Assembly: GCA_047495785.1 (NCBI GenBank)
Contig: JBLDXI010000036.1
Location: 1,116,001 to 1,180,000, forward strand
Direction of reading: 5' to 3'
From: Lepidodermella squamata
Taxonomy: Eukaryota > Animalia > Gastrotricha
DNA: 64,000 nucleotides
In this document: one piece after another, positions 1 to 11,029 of the stretch
Layout of the letters: each line of letters opens with the position of its first letter
Numbering within the stretch: position 1 is the stretch's first letter
Position numbers and translations under genes: made by a program
The notes under the pieces: generated by a model
Database searches by the model: none
Told to the model about the DNA's origin: nothing
The model's input: only the letters and a program-made list of their open reading frames with translations

Positions 1-689
1 CGAGGACGTCACTAACTCACCGGCAATTTTCTTCTGGTATATGATCCAGTAAAGAAAAAATACGGGACCCCTCTACTTCCGGCCCCCGGTACTTCGCACT
101 TCGAACTGTACTCGCTAGCGTTTCGGTATAACCCTCCTTTTGACAGTAATTCCATCTCGCCGTTGTTCTCTACTTGTGGTAAATAATTTATCAAGCATAC
201 AAAATCTCGCGGTAGAATGACTTTCTCTGCGGTAAGTTCAGCTCATATCATGAAGGAAGGAGTTAGAACTGCGCGCAGCGACAAAGGGTTATCTGATTGT
301 GTGTGCGCGCGCAGCCGCGGGCGTACTTACAATACGCGTACGTTTTACGCAACCGCTATAGTGCATGTCTTCCAATGCAAACTGTAAATCAGTTTAAAAT
401 CGTGTGCGTGAGAGAAAACAAAGTCATTCGTTAAATATTAACTGCCTTAAGTGCTTCTACGGTAAAACTACCGTTAGTTTTACCGCAAAAGCATTATGGT
501 AACCTTGTTTGCGTGCTGCAGTAAAATAATTACCGTCAAATTAAGAGTTATACCGAAACGCTAACGTAATGTAGTGGTCCCGTTTTGCGTCCTTGGAGAA
601 AATCGACGAAGATCGACTGAGCTACCCCAGGCCAGGTGTATCATCCGCAAAGGGCATGAATTTTCAATGGAATGGTTGGAATTGGCCCT

Positions 690-857
690 CCCCCTCCCCC
701 CAATTCCCTAGGGTATTCGCCTCGCCGCTCGGGAAACATTAAGTCCCCTACAGAGATTTTATTCTCTATGCTATAGCGCACGGCATGGCTTGCGCAATGC
801 CGGCGAAGCACGATCGAGGACGTTTCCTCATCGCTTCATTATACATACCACCCAACT
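690..857 (+). repeat. Dispersed repeat, copy 1 (direct repeat with 3440-3573), flanking A1
   Basis: Shared blocks gggtattcg..cgccgctcgg..attaag and gcgcaatgccg..gatcgag..cgtttcctcatcgcttcatta.acataccacccaac occur in both copies. Confidence 0.7.
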
Positions 858-1162
858 AAATTCTTAAGTAACTTGATATAAATTTCAAAAACCCAGGTTA
901 ATTTTCAATTTTGGAATTGGTTTCAACATGTCTTATGAACTGACGACAATAAATCATAAGCAATCAATTTTGAGGAAAATTCAGGGACCCTTGTATTTCA
1001 GGGACTTGAACAATTTCAGATTTACTTGTCCGGTTTGAGAATATTAAATAAAAACAACTTTTGAGCAAAATAAAAAGCCATGAATACATTTTGTAAAAAA
1101 AACTACGAAATCTAACGAATATTGGAATTTAGGAAAGCATTTAAGCTCAGAGCTCAGCTTTT

Positions 1163-2826
1163 TTATTTAGCATTTAGCATCACTTGAAACGTTACCCCAG
1201 TTAGGCAGTTAGCCCTGTTGGCGAATGTCGCAGACGAAAATTCACGCGTTTCAGACCCAGCCTGACAGCCTGCTGTCTCGAGGCGGCAATCGACAAAGCT
1301 TCCAGTTGACAAATCGAAGCACCTGACATGCTGCTTCTCGCTGTCTGGAACTTGCACTATAACAGTGCAACATAAAATGGTTCATGAAATAATTATGAGT
1401 CAATGAAAAACCTACATGTTGTCCCTGAGATGCAGAGGCTTAAATTAGCGTACGAGCTGCCACCTTCAAGCTGTGAAAAAATAATGTAAATTATGATCAG
1501 CTTGATGACAATCATTTGTTTCAAACCCAGTTCTCAGGACACGTGTAGTTGACTGGAACACATGTTTTCACCGCGCCATTGTCCGTGCAACGCTTGAAAA
1601 ATTGATTCTGAACATTAAACAAGTGAATTATTTGGATATAAATTAGCATTGATGAAATTACCGCGAATTTCGACTTCGCCTTATTGCAAGCGGCCAAGCT
1701 GTCCTTCAGCGTCGTATTCCTGAACCAATCAAGCTAAAAATTGAAATAAAAAATTGAAAAAACATCCAGTGGTAAGAGCTGGAATTCCACCTCGATTTCT
1801 CTGTCAGCGGCTGGTTCGCCAGTTAATTTGCAGTTGCCAAGACCGGGATTGCAACGTGGTGTTAGGGTGCCGTATTTGTAGCACATTTTAGCATTCTGTT
1901 TTTTAGCAATAATTAACAGTGGCGAGACCTAAATTTGAATTTTCTTACCCCTGATCGGCAGGATTCCAAGTCTGGGAACAAGGGACCCCACTGTATTCAA
2001 AATCATAATTAAACAATCAAATCGATAACATATGACAAATTATTCAGGAAATTAAATCATTTCGAGTAGATCTAAAAAATTTAATCACATACGGGCGCCG
2101 TCGTTCACAAATTCGAAAAACTGAGAAATTTTCAACACAATGGTTGCCCCCTTAAAAATTACGATTTCGCAATAAAAAACACAACCCAGTAGGTAATCGA
2201 TGACGCTTTGCACACTGGTTACCGATTTTTCTCTCAATTAGCTAACCGTAACCGGCAATTAGCGAAAAATGAAAATATTTGAATCGAAGTGTTTATCAAC
2301 TCATTTCTAGGGTTGAAAAAATCGCTGATTCCGAAAATCATATTTTCAACTAAAAATTCGGCAATTTAATTTTTTTCATGTCATTTAGGCCCGATTTCCG
2401 ACGAGTTAGACATATAATAAAAATCTGGAAAATTCACCAAAATGTGCGGCTCAAAAAGTTACTATTTAGACCTGTTTTCAGCGTTCTAGAATGATTTTTA
2501 AGGATGGTGACCATTGTCTCAAATGACAAAAATTTTGTGAAAAACATTTGTGAACGACGGCGCACGTATGCAAATGCATTACTTCTTTTAGGCATTTTCG
2601 AGCCAATAATTGTAATAATTCATTTTCATTAATGAAATAAAAACTCCTTTATTTTTATAATTGTTAAATAAAATACCTGATACTCGGTGATGGGATCACA
2701 TGTAGGGTTGTCATCACGGCACGAAGCAAATGCGTTGTTGGTCACCTGAAAGCATCGCTTGAACACTTGGCCCGATGCTTGGCTGACAAAAGCAAACGAA
2801 ATAACTATTGAAATAAACGCTCTCAT
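1163..2826 (-). CDS. Paralogue A1: secreted Cys-rich protein, short form (~232 aa; signal peptide + 4 four-Cys modules, no LamG domains seen in window)
   Basis: Exons 2826-2677 (MRAFISIVISFAFVSQASGQVFKRCFQVTNNAFASCRDDNPTCDPITEYQ), 1990-1949, 1895-1791, 1733-1662, 1607-1527, 1470-1416, 1356-1163; all GT-AG, in frame and collinear with A2/A3 exons 1-7. Exon 7 reads through the conserved donor to a TAA overlapping AATAAA; no exon-8 homologue in 1-1160. The gene could alternatively continue left of the window. Confidence 0.75.
2088..2570. mobile_element. MITE in A1 intron 1
   Basis: ~25-bp TIR catacgggcgccgtcgttcacaaat / atttgtgaacgacggcgcacgtatg; flanked by CA on both sides; absent from the short intron 1 of A3. 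Confidence 0.8.
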
Positions 2827-3439
2827 TGCTGTTCTATTTGAAAGAAAAAATGCTTAATGGCGTAAAATAGTTGAAAATTCTCTGATCTCGTCCTTTTTTT
2901 GCCTGGCTCGTGGCTCGTGCTTCAATTTTGTTTTTGAAAAAATCACGTGAAATATTTATCGCAAAACGCAGCAGAAAAACAACATTCAAATAATTGACCT
3001 GACCTGCTCAGCCGTGGACAACTGGCTCAGTTTAAATCCATCTTGTCGCGCAATATTTACGGAACGCTTATACCCGAACGACAAGCGGCCTAAACCGGAA
3101 TCCCCAATGACAGACCCCCGAATAAATGTTAGAATGATGCGCATGAATTACCCAGATCTTTCGCAGTTCCGAACATTTGTCCGAACAAATGGTTGGAAAA
3201 TGACAAATATAAGGAAGTTTTCATTTTTATTTGATCACGCTACCAGAACAATACGCAATGACGTTTCGAGATCGCGTTTAAGCCCAAATCAACAAGTAAC
3301 TAGTAATCTTTCACGAACATTTCCAGGTTAATTCTCAATTTATACCGATTGCCGATTGCCCATAACGCAGAAAATAAGGATGTTTCCGACATAAAGAAAT
3401 AAGGATCGACTAATTGAATTCTAATTCCCCACCTCTTCC

Positions 3440-3573
3440 TACCCCCTACCTAATTTCCTGGGGTATTCGGCTCGGAGCCCCGCCGCTCGGAATAAATTAA
3501 GCCCTCTGGCGCAATGCCGTCAAAGCAAGATCGAGCGCGTTTCCTCATCGCTTCATTAAACATACCACCCAAC
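3440..3573 (+). repeat. Dispersed repeat, copy 2 (direct repeat with 690-857)
   Basis: Same conserved blocks as 690-857. Confidence 0.7.
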
Positions 3574-3599
3574 CGAAGCGCGCTGTTTAGTAATACAAC

Positions 3600-4400
3600 G
3601 AGCTTCCGCCACAGAGTTGTGCTGAGGGCGCACCAAACTGCCAAAGACTAGAAGAAAGCAGCGCTCTGACGTAGGGTCTGTATGTGGCCTTCAGGCCAAA
3701 GCGGCGTTGGCTGACCGCTTTCAGGGCCGCAAGACTAATGTTGGCTCGGTCGATCACCTGCTTGACTTGCTGTTTCAGCAGAAGCTTCTATTCCACACCG
3801 AGATACTTCAACTTGTCAGTCCAGGCTATAGGCTACAGCTATAGCTATAGCGACTTGAGATTTCCGGGCGTTAATTTTCTACCGCCACTTGTTGAACCAT
3901 TGTCCTGATTTCTTGTGCTTTCTCGCAGCGGCGAGGTCGTCAGCGAACACGCTGAGAGGTTCCGATCGAGGTCAGCTGTGTATAGCGAGTACAAGATGGG
4001 GCTGAGTGGCGATCCTTGCGGAAATCCCCCAGAAATGGCGAAGATCGGCGAGTGGCTGTGCCCAACCGTAACTCAGAGAATCCTATAGAGCAGGAAATTT
4101 GAAATCCAGGCGATCGCTATATAGATGGGTAGTCATGGTTTATTAATTCGAAGCAGAGGCCATCGAGCCTCTCTAAGACCTTCGGTAGACTATTCAAAAT
4201 GGAAAACCTTATGGCGATTTCCAATTTTTCCCCTTTCCAGGGGTCATGGTCACAACTGCGACCTTCTACTTCTTAGGTACATGGCCAATTTGCAGGCTAG
4301 CGTTAAAAATTTCAGTGGCCTTGTTCCAAAACTTGACGTGAGCTCGTTTCAGCGTTGCATTCTTAATGCCGTCTCCACCTGGAGCGGTGCATTTAAGCTT
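3600..4400 (-). mobile_element. Decayed non-LTR retrotransposon (LINE) RT fragment
   Basis: Minus-strand motifs APGGDGIKN, WISNFL, GFPQGSPLSPILYSLYTADL and FADD, with stops and frameshifts. Confidence 0.8.
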
Positions 4401-4402
4401 CC

Positions 4403-7375
4403 TCGAACTTGTCAATGGCAAGGCCGCTGGTAACAAATTGTCTTCAATTGTAATCGGTGGGGACTTCAACCTGGATTTGAACGACTCTTCTATGAAGACG
4501 GCTTTACTCGACACATTCAGCGATCTCAGTATGACCCAAACCGGACAGTTCATCACCCGACCGTCATCTGGTACAGCTATTGATCACTGCTGGCATAGCA
4601 AAGAAACAAAATGTCTTGCCGCAGGTTCTGTTCAGGGCTTTAGCGACCATCATGGCCTGATCTCCGCATTTGACATGCCCAAAAGAAAACCCGATGAAGA
4701 AGTAGTTGAGTTCAGGAACTACAAGAACTTCTCGGAGACTGAATTCTCAAAGGATCTTGGTGAAGGATGCCAAAATCTTATTCCGCCAGAAAATGATGTG
4801 AACGATGCTTGTGACAAATTTACCGATCACTTCTGCAAGACCCTCGACAAGCATGCCCCGAAAACAAAAATAAAGAATTCCTGTCTTCCGAAAGTTACGA
4901 AGAAGTGCAAGGACCCGGAAGTACTTAATGCTTTGCGTGAAAAACAAATGGCCCACAGAGTACACTTAACGAAGCCAACACCTGAGTCTCACCTCCGTTT
5001 CAAAGCGATGAAGTCGAAAGCTCGCATCCAATTTCAGATTTCTACTCGAAGAAACTGCAAGAAGCAGCATCCAGCATCGGTAAATTTAATGAGTTTTTCG
5101 CCACAGTATGGGGTCAAAAGTCGCCTCCTTATTTGCGACAAACGACATCAGTCGTCTAGGTTCGGCAACATTTTTTAGCTTTCATGAAATCTCTGCTGAC
5201 GAAATCATCAAGGCTGCGGAAAAACTAACCTCAAAAACAACCACAGGTTACGACGGCGTCGCTGAACGGGCCCTGAAAGCTGCAGTGGCGTCGAAAAACT
5301 ATTGCGAATTTTTGTCCCAATTCTTCAACTTGATTCTACGTAACAACGAAATTCCTGAAAAATGTCTCACAAGCGTGGTCACTTCAATCCACAAATCTGG
5401 AGACCGATCTGACCCTTCAAACTACCGACCGATATCAATCCTATCGTCTGCACTAAAGTTATTCGAAAGATGCATCAGCGACCAAATTAAAGAGCACCAG
5501 TATGCACACAACATTGGGTGCGATTCTAAACTCGTGTTTCTGATTTTTTGTTTTATAAAATCGAAAAAATTAAGGAATCCTTAACGGTGTTGAGGGCAGA
5601 AACGAGATTTCGGCCCGCTGAAAATGCCCGAGGGCGTAGCGAAGCGAAGCGAAGCGAAGCCCGAGGGTATTTTCAAGGGCTGAAATCGAGTTTTTGCCCG
5701 AAACACAAGTTTAGGATTCCTGTTCCCACATTGTTGGTTATTTTCTGAATAAAAACCCAATTTTCCACTGGAAATCTGGATAAAATGCCTAAACACTCAT
5801 ACCCACTGTGTCTGACTAAATTAATTTTGTTGAAATTAAAAAATCAACCTTAAAAAATCGATTAACAAATTCTAATTGTTTCATTCCTTTTTTAAATCAA
5901 TTTTTGCACTGAATTCTTTGTTGGTTGAAACCACGCACGGCATCGGCGATTTAATCCTCGGAAACGCAGTCGATTCTAACCAAATGGATATGGCTGTTGC
6001 AGTCTGAGCGACACCAATCAGCTCGTGAAAACCGCAATGCTCAAGATATCGAGCTGCTATAGCAAAAGCCCGAATTTCCTCTTCGCCGATGTTCAGTGTT
6101 CAATCCAGTGTTCAATCCGACGGCGATGACGGCGATGACTTTGAAGGCGTTGCTGAATAACTGCAACAATACATCGAAGAATTGGCGCTTGAGACAATTG
6201 GCACGGTGCAAAATCCCAGGAAACGATACGCCGACTATGCTGTTCAACGACTTTCGGTGGAAAATCTCTATGCGAAGCGACGGCATTGGCATTGTTGGGC
6301 TGTGATCCTGTTAAGCCTGAAGAACCGGTTTGAATCACGCCATTTCACGGTCGACGCCAGTTGTCAAGTAATTTACTGCACGGTGCATGTCACATCCAGA
6401 ACTGACTATTGTTTATAAGCTCTCCCACAGTATTATTGTTCAATAAAAATGGTTTTTGTTAAAATGCTTTATTTTGGTTCACATTTTTGCTTTGCTAGTC
6501 CAATCCCTAAATGGAGTCTGGTTCGCCCAGTAATTCAATGATTTGGATTTTAACCGAAATTAATAATAAAAGATCCACCTTAAAACGCGTGAGCGGGCGG
6601 AATCACCGGGCGGAAACACCGGGCGGAATCACATTTTCCATTGAAGCAAAAAATAACCAACCATGTGGGAACATTACATTTCTTTAAAGCCGGTGTGTTT
6701 TACACATGTTAAGAGGCACGGGAGTTTATTTTGCTTAAAAACAACAAGAATAAAATAAAATTCAACAGAATAAAGAAACGCACCCATTCTTAGTAAATCG
6801 CAGTTTGGCTTCCGAAAGCACCACTCAACAGCAACGTGCCTACTAGCAATTGCCGAAGACTGGCTCGACGCGTTGAAATACGGCAAATATGTCGCAGCAG
6901 TCTATCTCGACCTCAGCAAATTGTCGTTCGACGCCACCGCTATCCTCAAACAGTTAGGTTGGCTACCAATCGACGGGAAACGCCTAATCCACGAAATACT
7001 CTAGTCTGGAAATGTCTGCACTCTCAAGCACCTGCCCTCATCAAAAACTTGATCAACAAACCATCGTCCGATCACAAAACCAGGCTTAGCAGCTCTGATG
7101 GCGTCGAAATCCCTCGACAAGCTCACCATCTCAGCTTTCGTGCTGCTAGCAAGTGGAACGATTTACCGCCATCGATCAGGTCTTCCGAAAACCCGAAGAT
7201 CCTCAGAGACCAACTCCTGAAAGCACTGCTGAAAGCAGAATACGTGGACGATTTCGTCTACACAAAGAAGAGGTAACTTGCCACCTTACCGCGACGCGCC
7301 CATCTGCGTCCGTTGAATGGAAGACCGAGTGCGAATTCAACGCTATTATACATACATATATACATACATACATTC
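4403..7375 (+). mobile_element. Decayed CR1/L2-like LINE (APE endonuclease + internally deleted RT), interrupted by a DNA transposon
   Basis: GDFN, TR..IDH and SDH endonuclease motifs (4366-5178); NYRPISILS; SQFGFRKHHST and VYLDLSK resume at 6789; C-terminal SFRAASKWNDLP; (TACA)n 3' tail at 7348-7373. Confidence 0.85.
5516..6785. mobile_element. Non-autonomous DNA transposon, PIF/Harbinger-like ends, nested in the LINE
   Basis: TIR gggtgcg(a/t)ttct; 3-bp TSD ATT (5513-5515, 6786-6788); removing it restores the LINE frame HNI-LSKSQFGF; internal ~150-bp hairpin at 5572-5721. Superfamily is inferred from the ends only. Confidence 0.8.
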
Positions 7376-8110
7376 ACTGTGCAGATGGCGCCTTTTTCAG
7401 TCTTGATCTCGAAGACAGTGTTGTTGCTGCTTTGCTCCAATATTTCAGCGATGCCGGCATCCTTGTAACGGAGCCATTGCGTTTTTAAATCTTGCCGACC
7501 ATTGGCGATTTCTAACAATTTTTTCCAATAAAAATCGTCGAATTTTTCGGCTAAGAAGTTCGCCAAGGCCGGTTGGTTGAATGCGCGGACGCGGCACAAA
7601 ATCACATCCTTTTGAGTGTGTGCAATTAAAAATTGAAAAAATCGGCGATTCCGCTTCTCAAGTAGGTTGATCTCAAGTGCCAATTAATGCAATAATATAA
7701 GTATGCGAGTAGAGGCTGAGAATTAGGCAAATTTGACCTACCTTTCGACGACATTGTTGGTCATGTGTCCATGGGAGTAGGCATTACGAAAAGCGGCGAC
7801 AAACTGGCGAGACCGGCAAAGCGCCTGTTGATATATTTCCAAGTGAGCAGCGAATCCAGGAGAGCGCGGCGCCCTGTTTCGTATTCGTCTTGCGTTTGAG
7901 AAAAAACTAGATTCTGGAAAACTGAGAAAAAGATATATCCTGAAATTTATGATTTCATACTTACGCTGCAACAACTCGGGAGCATCTTCTGACGAAATCT
8001 TGTGCTTTTTTCAACTAGCCAACGCCAGAGCGCTTGTAAAATGTGAAAGGCACACAATAGGATCGTAGCATTGACGAAAACTGATTTCAAAGCTTCTCGC
8101 TCGGCCAATA
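7376..8110 (-). pseudogene. Intron-containing MULE/Mutator-type transposase relic
   Basis: LAEREALKSVFVNATILLCAFHILQALWRWL (MULE CxxH motif) followed by a frameshift; FVAAFRNAYSHGHMTNNVVER; cut just before the expected SWIM finger (VFEIKTEKGAICTVN) by the LINE tail; GT-AG introns near 7964 and 7741. Confidence 0.7.
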
Positions 8111-8569
8111 TAGGCCAATCTATAGACGTAATGGAAGTTGGCGGACCCTTTTCAGAAAAACCTTAGCGAACCATAGCTAACTCGGTCCAAAAGTTTGTGC
8201 AACTCGATATTGTTCTTGTGTTAGACTCAACACATCTAATGAGGTAGACCACAAGGTGGTCGGCCATACCCAGACCTGGTCGGCTGGGGGTGGTCGGCCA
8301 ACTTCCATTTTCAGGCCTAAAATGGAAGTTGGCCGACCACTTTCAACCGACATCAGTGTCAACCAGTTCTTTGAATGTGTCAAGTCTAGACCTTTTAGAA
8401 ACCATACTGTGTCAAGGGCTGATGCTGAATATAAAGCAAACGAATTTGATCAAAAATTAAATAGCTATGATTGGAAATAAGATGACAAAACCTTGTCAAA
8501 ACATCGCTTGGAGAGAGAAAAACAAAGCAAATATAAGCGAATTAAGTAGAGTTTTTCTAGCTAACTCCA

Positions 8570-10660
8570 GATAGCTGCGATATCCACATTCGATCCTAGC
8601 CAGGAAACAACAAGAAGCTAGAAAATATTATTCTGGATGAAAAAATAGCGTAAAGAAACCTTCATAGCACGCGCCGATAATAAAAAATCGACTACAATAA
8701 CCAAACAAATTTAATCAATGGATCAAATCAAACAATATGGCTTCAGCAGTTGGAAATTTATCGGCGGTATTTAATGTATAATGAAGACGTGAGGCCGTTG
8801 TCGTATTTCGATATCGATCGAGCTCGGGAAATTATGGCGAATTTCAGAAAAATTGCGTTCCATCGAGACCCGATCGATAGGCTCATTTTGGCATGGCGTA
8901 AATGTCCACAATCCATTCGGATGGTTTTAACACAAAAGTCTTCAAGGTATAGAAAACTTGAAATAATTTGGAAATTGAGTTAACTCCGGAGTGTGCCAGT
9001 TATTTCAGATATTATATAGGAAAATTATATTCGAATTCGGATTGGTAACATTTTATTATGAAATTTTCAGACTTACAATTTTTGAAAATTTTGAAATTAA
9101 TTTTTCAAAATGTCAGAATTAAACTTTTAATGACCGAAAAAATGCACTCGGAATCTCTTATTGCCCACTGGGGAACGCGATGGCGGGCTTCATTTTCCTA
9201 TAAAAAATCGAGAAATAGGAGAAATCAGTGATTGACTGGAATTCGATTATCGATTATCGCCTCGGAATTTTTTTCCCAGCTAACGAGGCATTTCCATTTC
9301 GAGCGTGAAACGCCCATCAAATCATGTGAATTATACCGTGAGAAAAATATATTAGAATTTTTGAAAATTAAACTACTGATATAAGGGTATGTACTTCAAA
9401 ATTATACAAATCAGTCCCACTAGTGTTTTCTTCCAATCTGTTTTCTCAGCTGAAGTGAATTGACGATTCTCTCATGAAACAAATAATTTTCGAACTTAAC
9501 GGACAAATATTAAGAGACCAAATGACCAAATGAATCAGTTTTATTTTTCGTCCTCCGTAGGCATGTGATGTTAATATTAGAGAGAAGAAAAAAGGCCTTA
9601 CCCGTGAGGGTTTAGGGGACGGCTGACGACAGGCGATCGGCTTCAGGTGCCGACAGATCGGTCGCGAACAACCTGCTTTTGCCCAAAAATGCATAATTTT
9701 CGATGCTATTACACACTAATTGCCATTCATCCCGATCTCTGGCAGTTATTACCGCTAATTCTAGATCCGCAATTTTGTGAATTTCAGTGCGTCGCATTAA
9801 CAGGGTCGACTTACGAGGTCTCCCGCGTATAACTGGCTCATTTGGGTTTTTAATATATTTCACATGAATATCGAACAAACCAATTTTAAGAAGACTCCTT
9901 TTCAAGCTATCGGTCCAGCGGGTTGGCGGTTTACCGCGAGGGAAGCAACAACTCGGATCGACCGCTTTCCAATGATATATGGCATTCGTGAGACTTTCAG
10001 TGTCATACTCGTCTTGGCGAATAATGTGACCGAAATATTTCAGAGATTTTATTACCTAAAATTTGACTAGGTCTAACGCCCAATTACACACCGGTGTGCA
10101 ATGGAAAAAACTGTTATTACCTTAAAGCTTTGACGATTCGCGAATTTTAGTATACTTTCTCAGATTCCTTACAACAAGAGCTGTCAAAAAAGGTATCACA
10201 ACGGCAAAATTGTGGATGAATCGATTTTTGTTTTTCCCCGTCTCCAGAGTGTTGAATTCAATTTTTGAAAAAAAGATTTATCGTAATTTTAGAATTGAAA
10301 TTTTAAAATTCAACTCAATTTGAAAATGATTTCTTGTGGAAAAACTCTGGAATAAAGATTCATTATTTTATTTCATTCTGTATTGGATTCTATAGAAAAT
10401 TGGCCGACAAATAATGAGAAAACGCCGTTCAAATGCGACATTTGCGGAAATCGATCGCGGCCTTCCAGTCACCCTGGATGATTTTCTGTGCTTCATTGCC
10501 TCAATGCCGCCATCAATGTCCCTGAATCAGCACTGGCGATCTCAGTTTGACATTTGCAAATTTTGCGCTATCCACTACGATTATATCGAATGTGGCGTTA
10601 AGCGGGAAATTGCAAGATATGATGAGATTTATAGCTTGGAAAAAATATTCTATTGATTAT
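8570..10660 (+). pseudogene. Carbohydrate sulfotransferase (CHST/Sulfotransfer_2-like) fragments, probably decayed
   Basis: RKIAFHRDPIDRLILAW (8750-8983) resembles the 3'-PB motif KFxFVRxPxxRLxSAY; TLDDFLCFI..NQHWRSQFDICKFCAIHYDYI (10414-10656) resembles the conserved C-terminal block; no intact 5'-PSB (PKVAC-type) motif found. Confidence 0.55.
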
Positions 10661-11029
10661 TTACTATTCGATTTGAAAAGTGTGTAATAAAGAATCCGTG
10701 AATTTTTATTCGTTTTCTTTATGAATTCGTGGCAGCTACAGTCCATAGATCCATACCATGTCTTCAGGTTCAGGTTCATTTTCAGGGGATGGAGCTCTCT
10801 GAATTCTTTACTAATAAACGAATGCCGGAATCCTTGATGTTCGCAGTGCATTTTTATTTACCAAGTTCAAAAAACCCAGGAATACATTCGAAATGAGACA
10901 TGTTAAAAGATTTTTCGCCAAATAAATAAGTTCAAAACATTTAAAGATGCAGAGTCAGAGAATAATGAAGATCCTGAATTTTTCAGAAGTACACGAAGTT
11001 GTTGATGTGAAGTTCGATGTAAGCTGACT

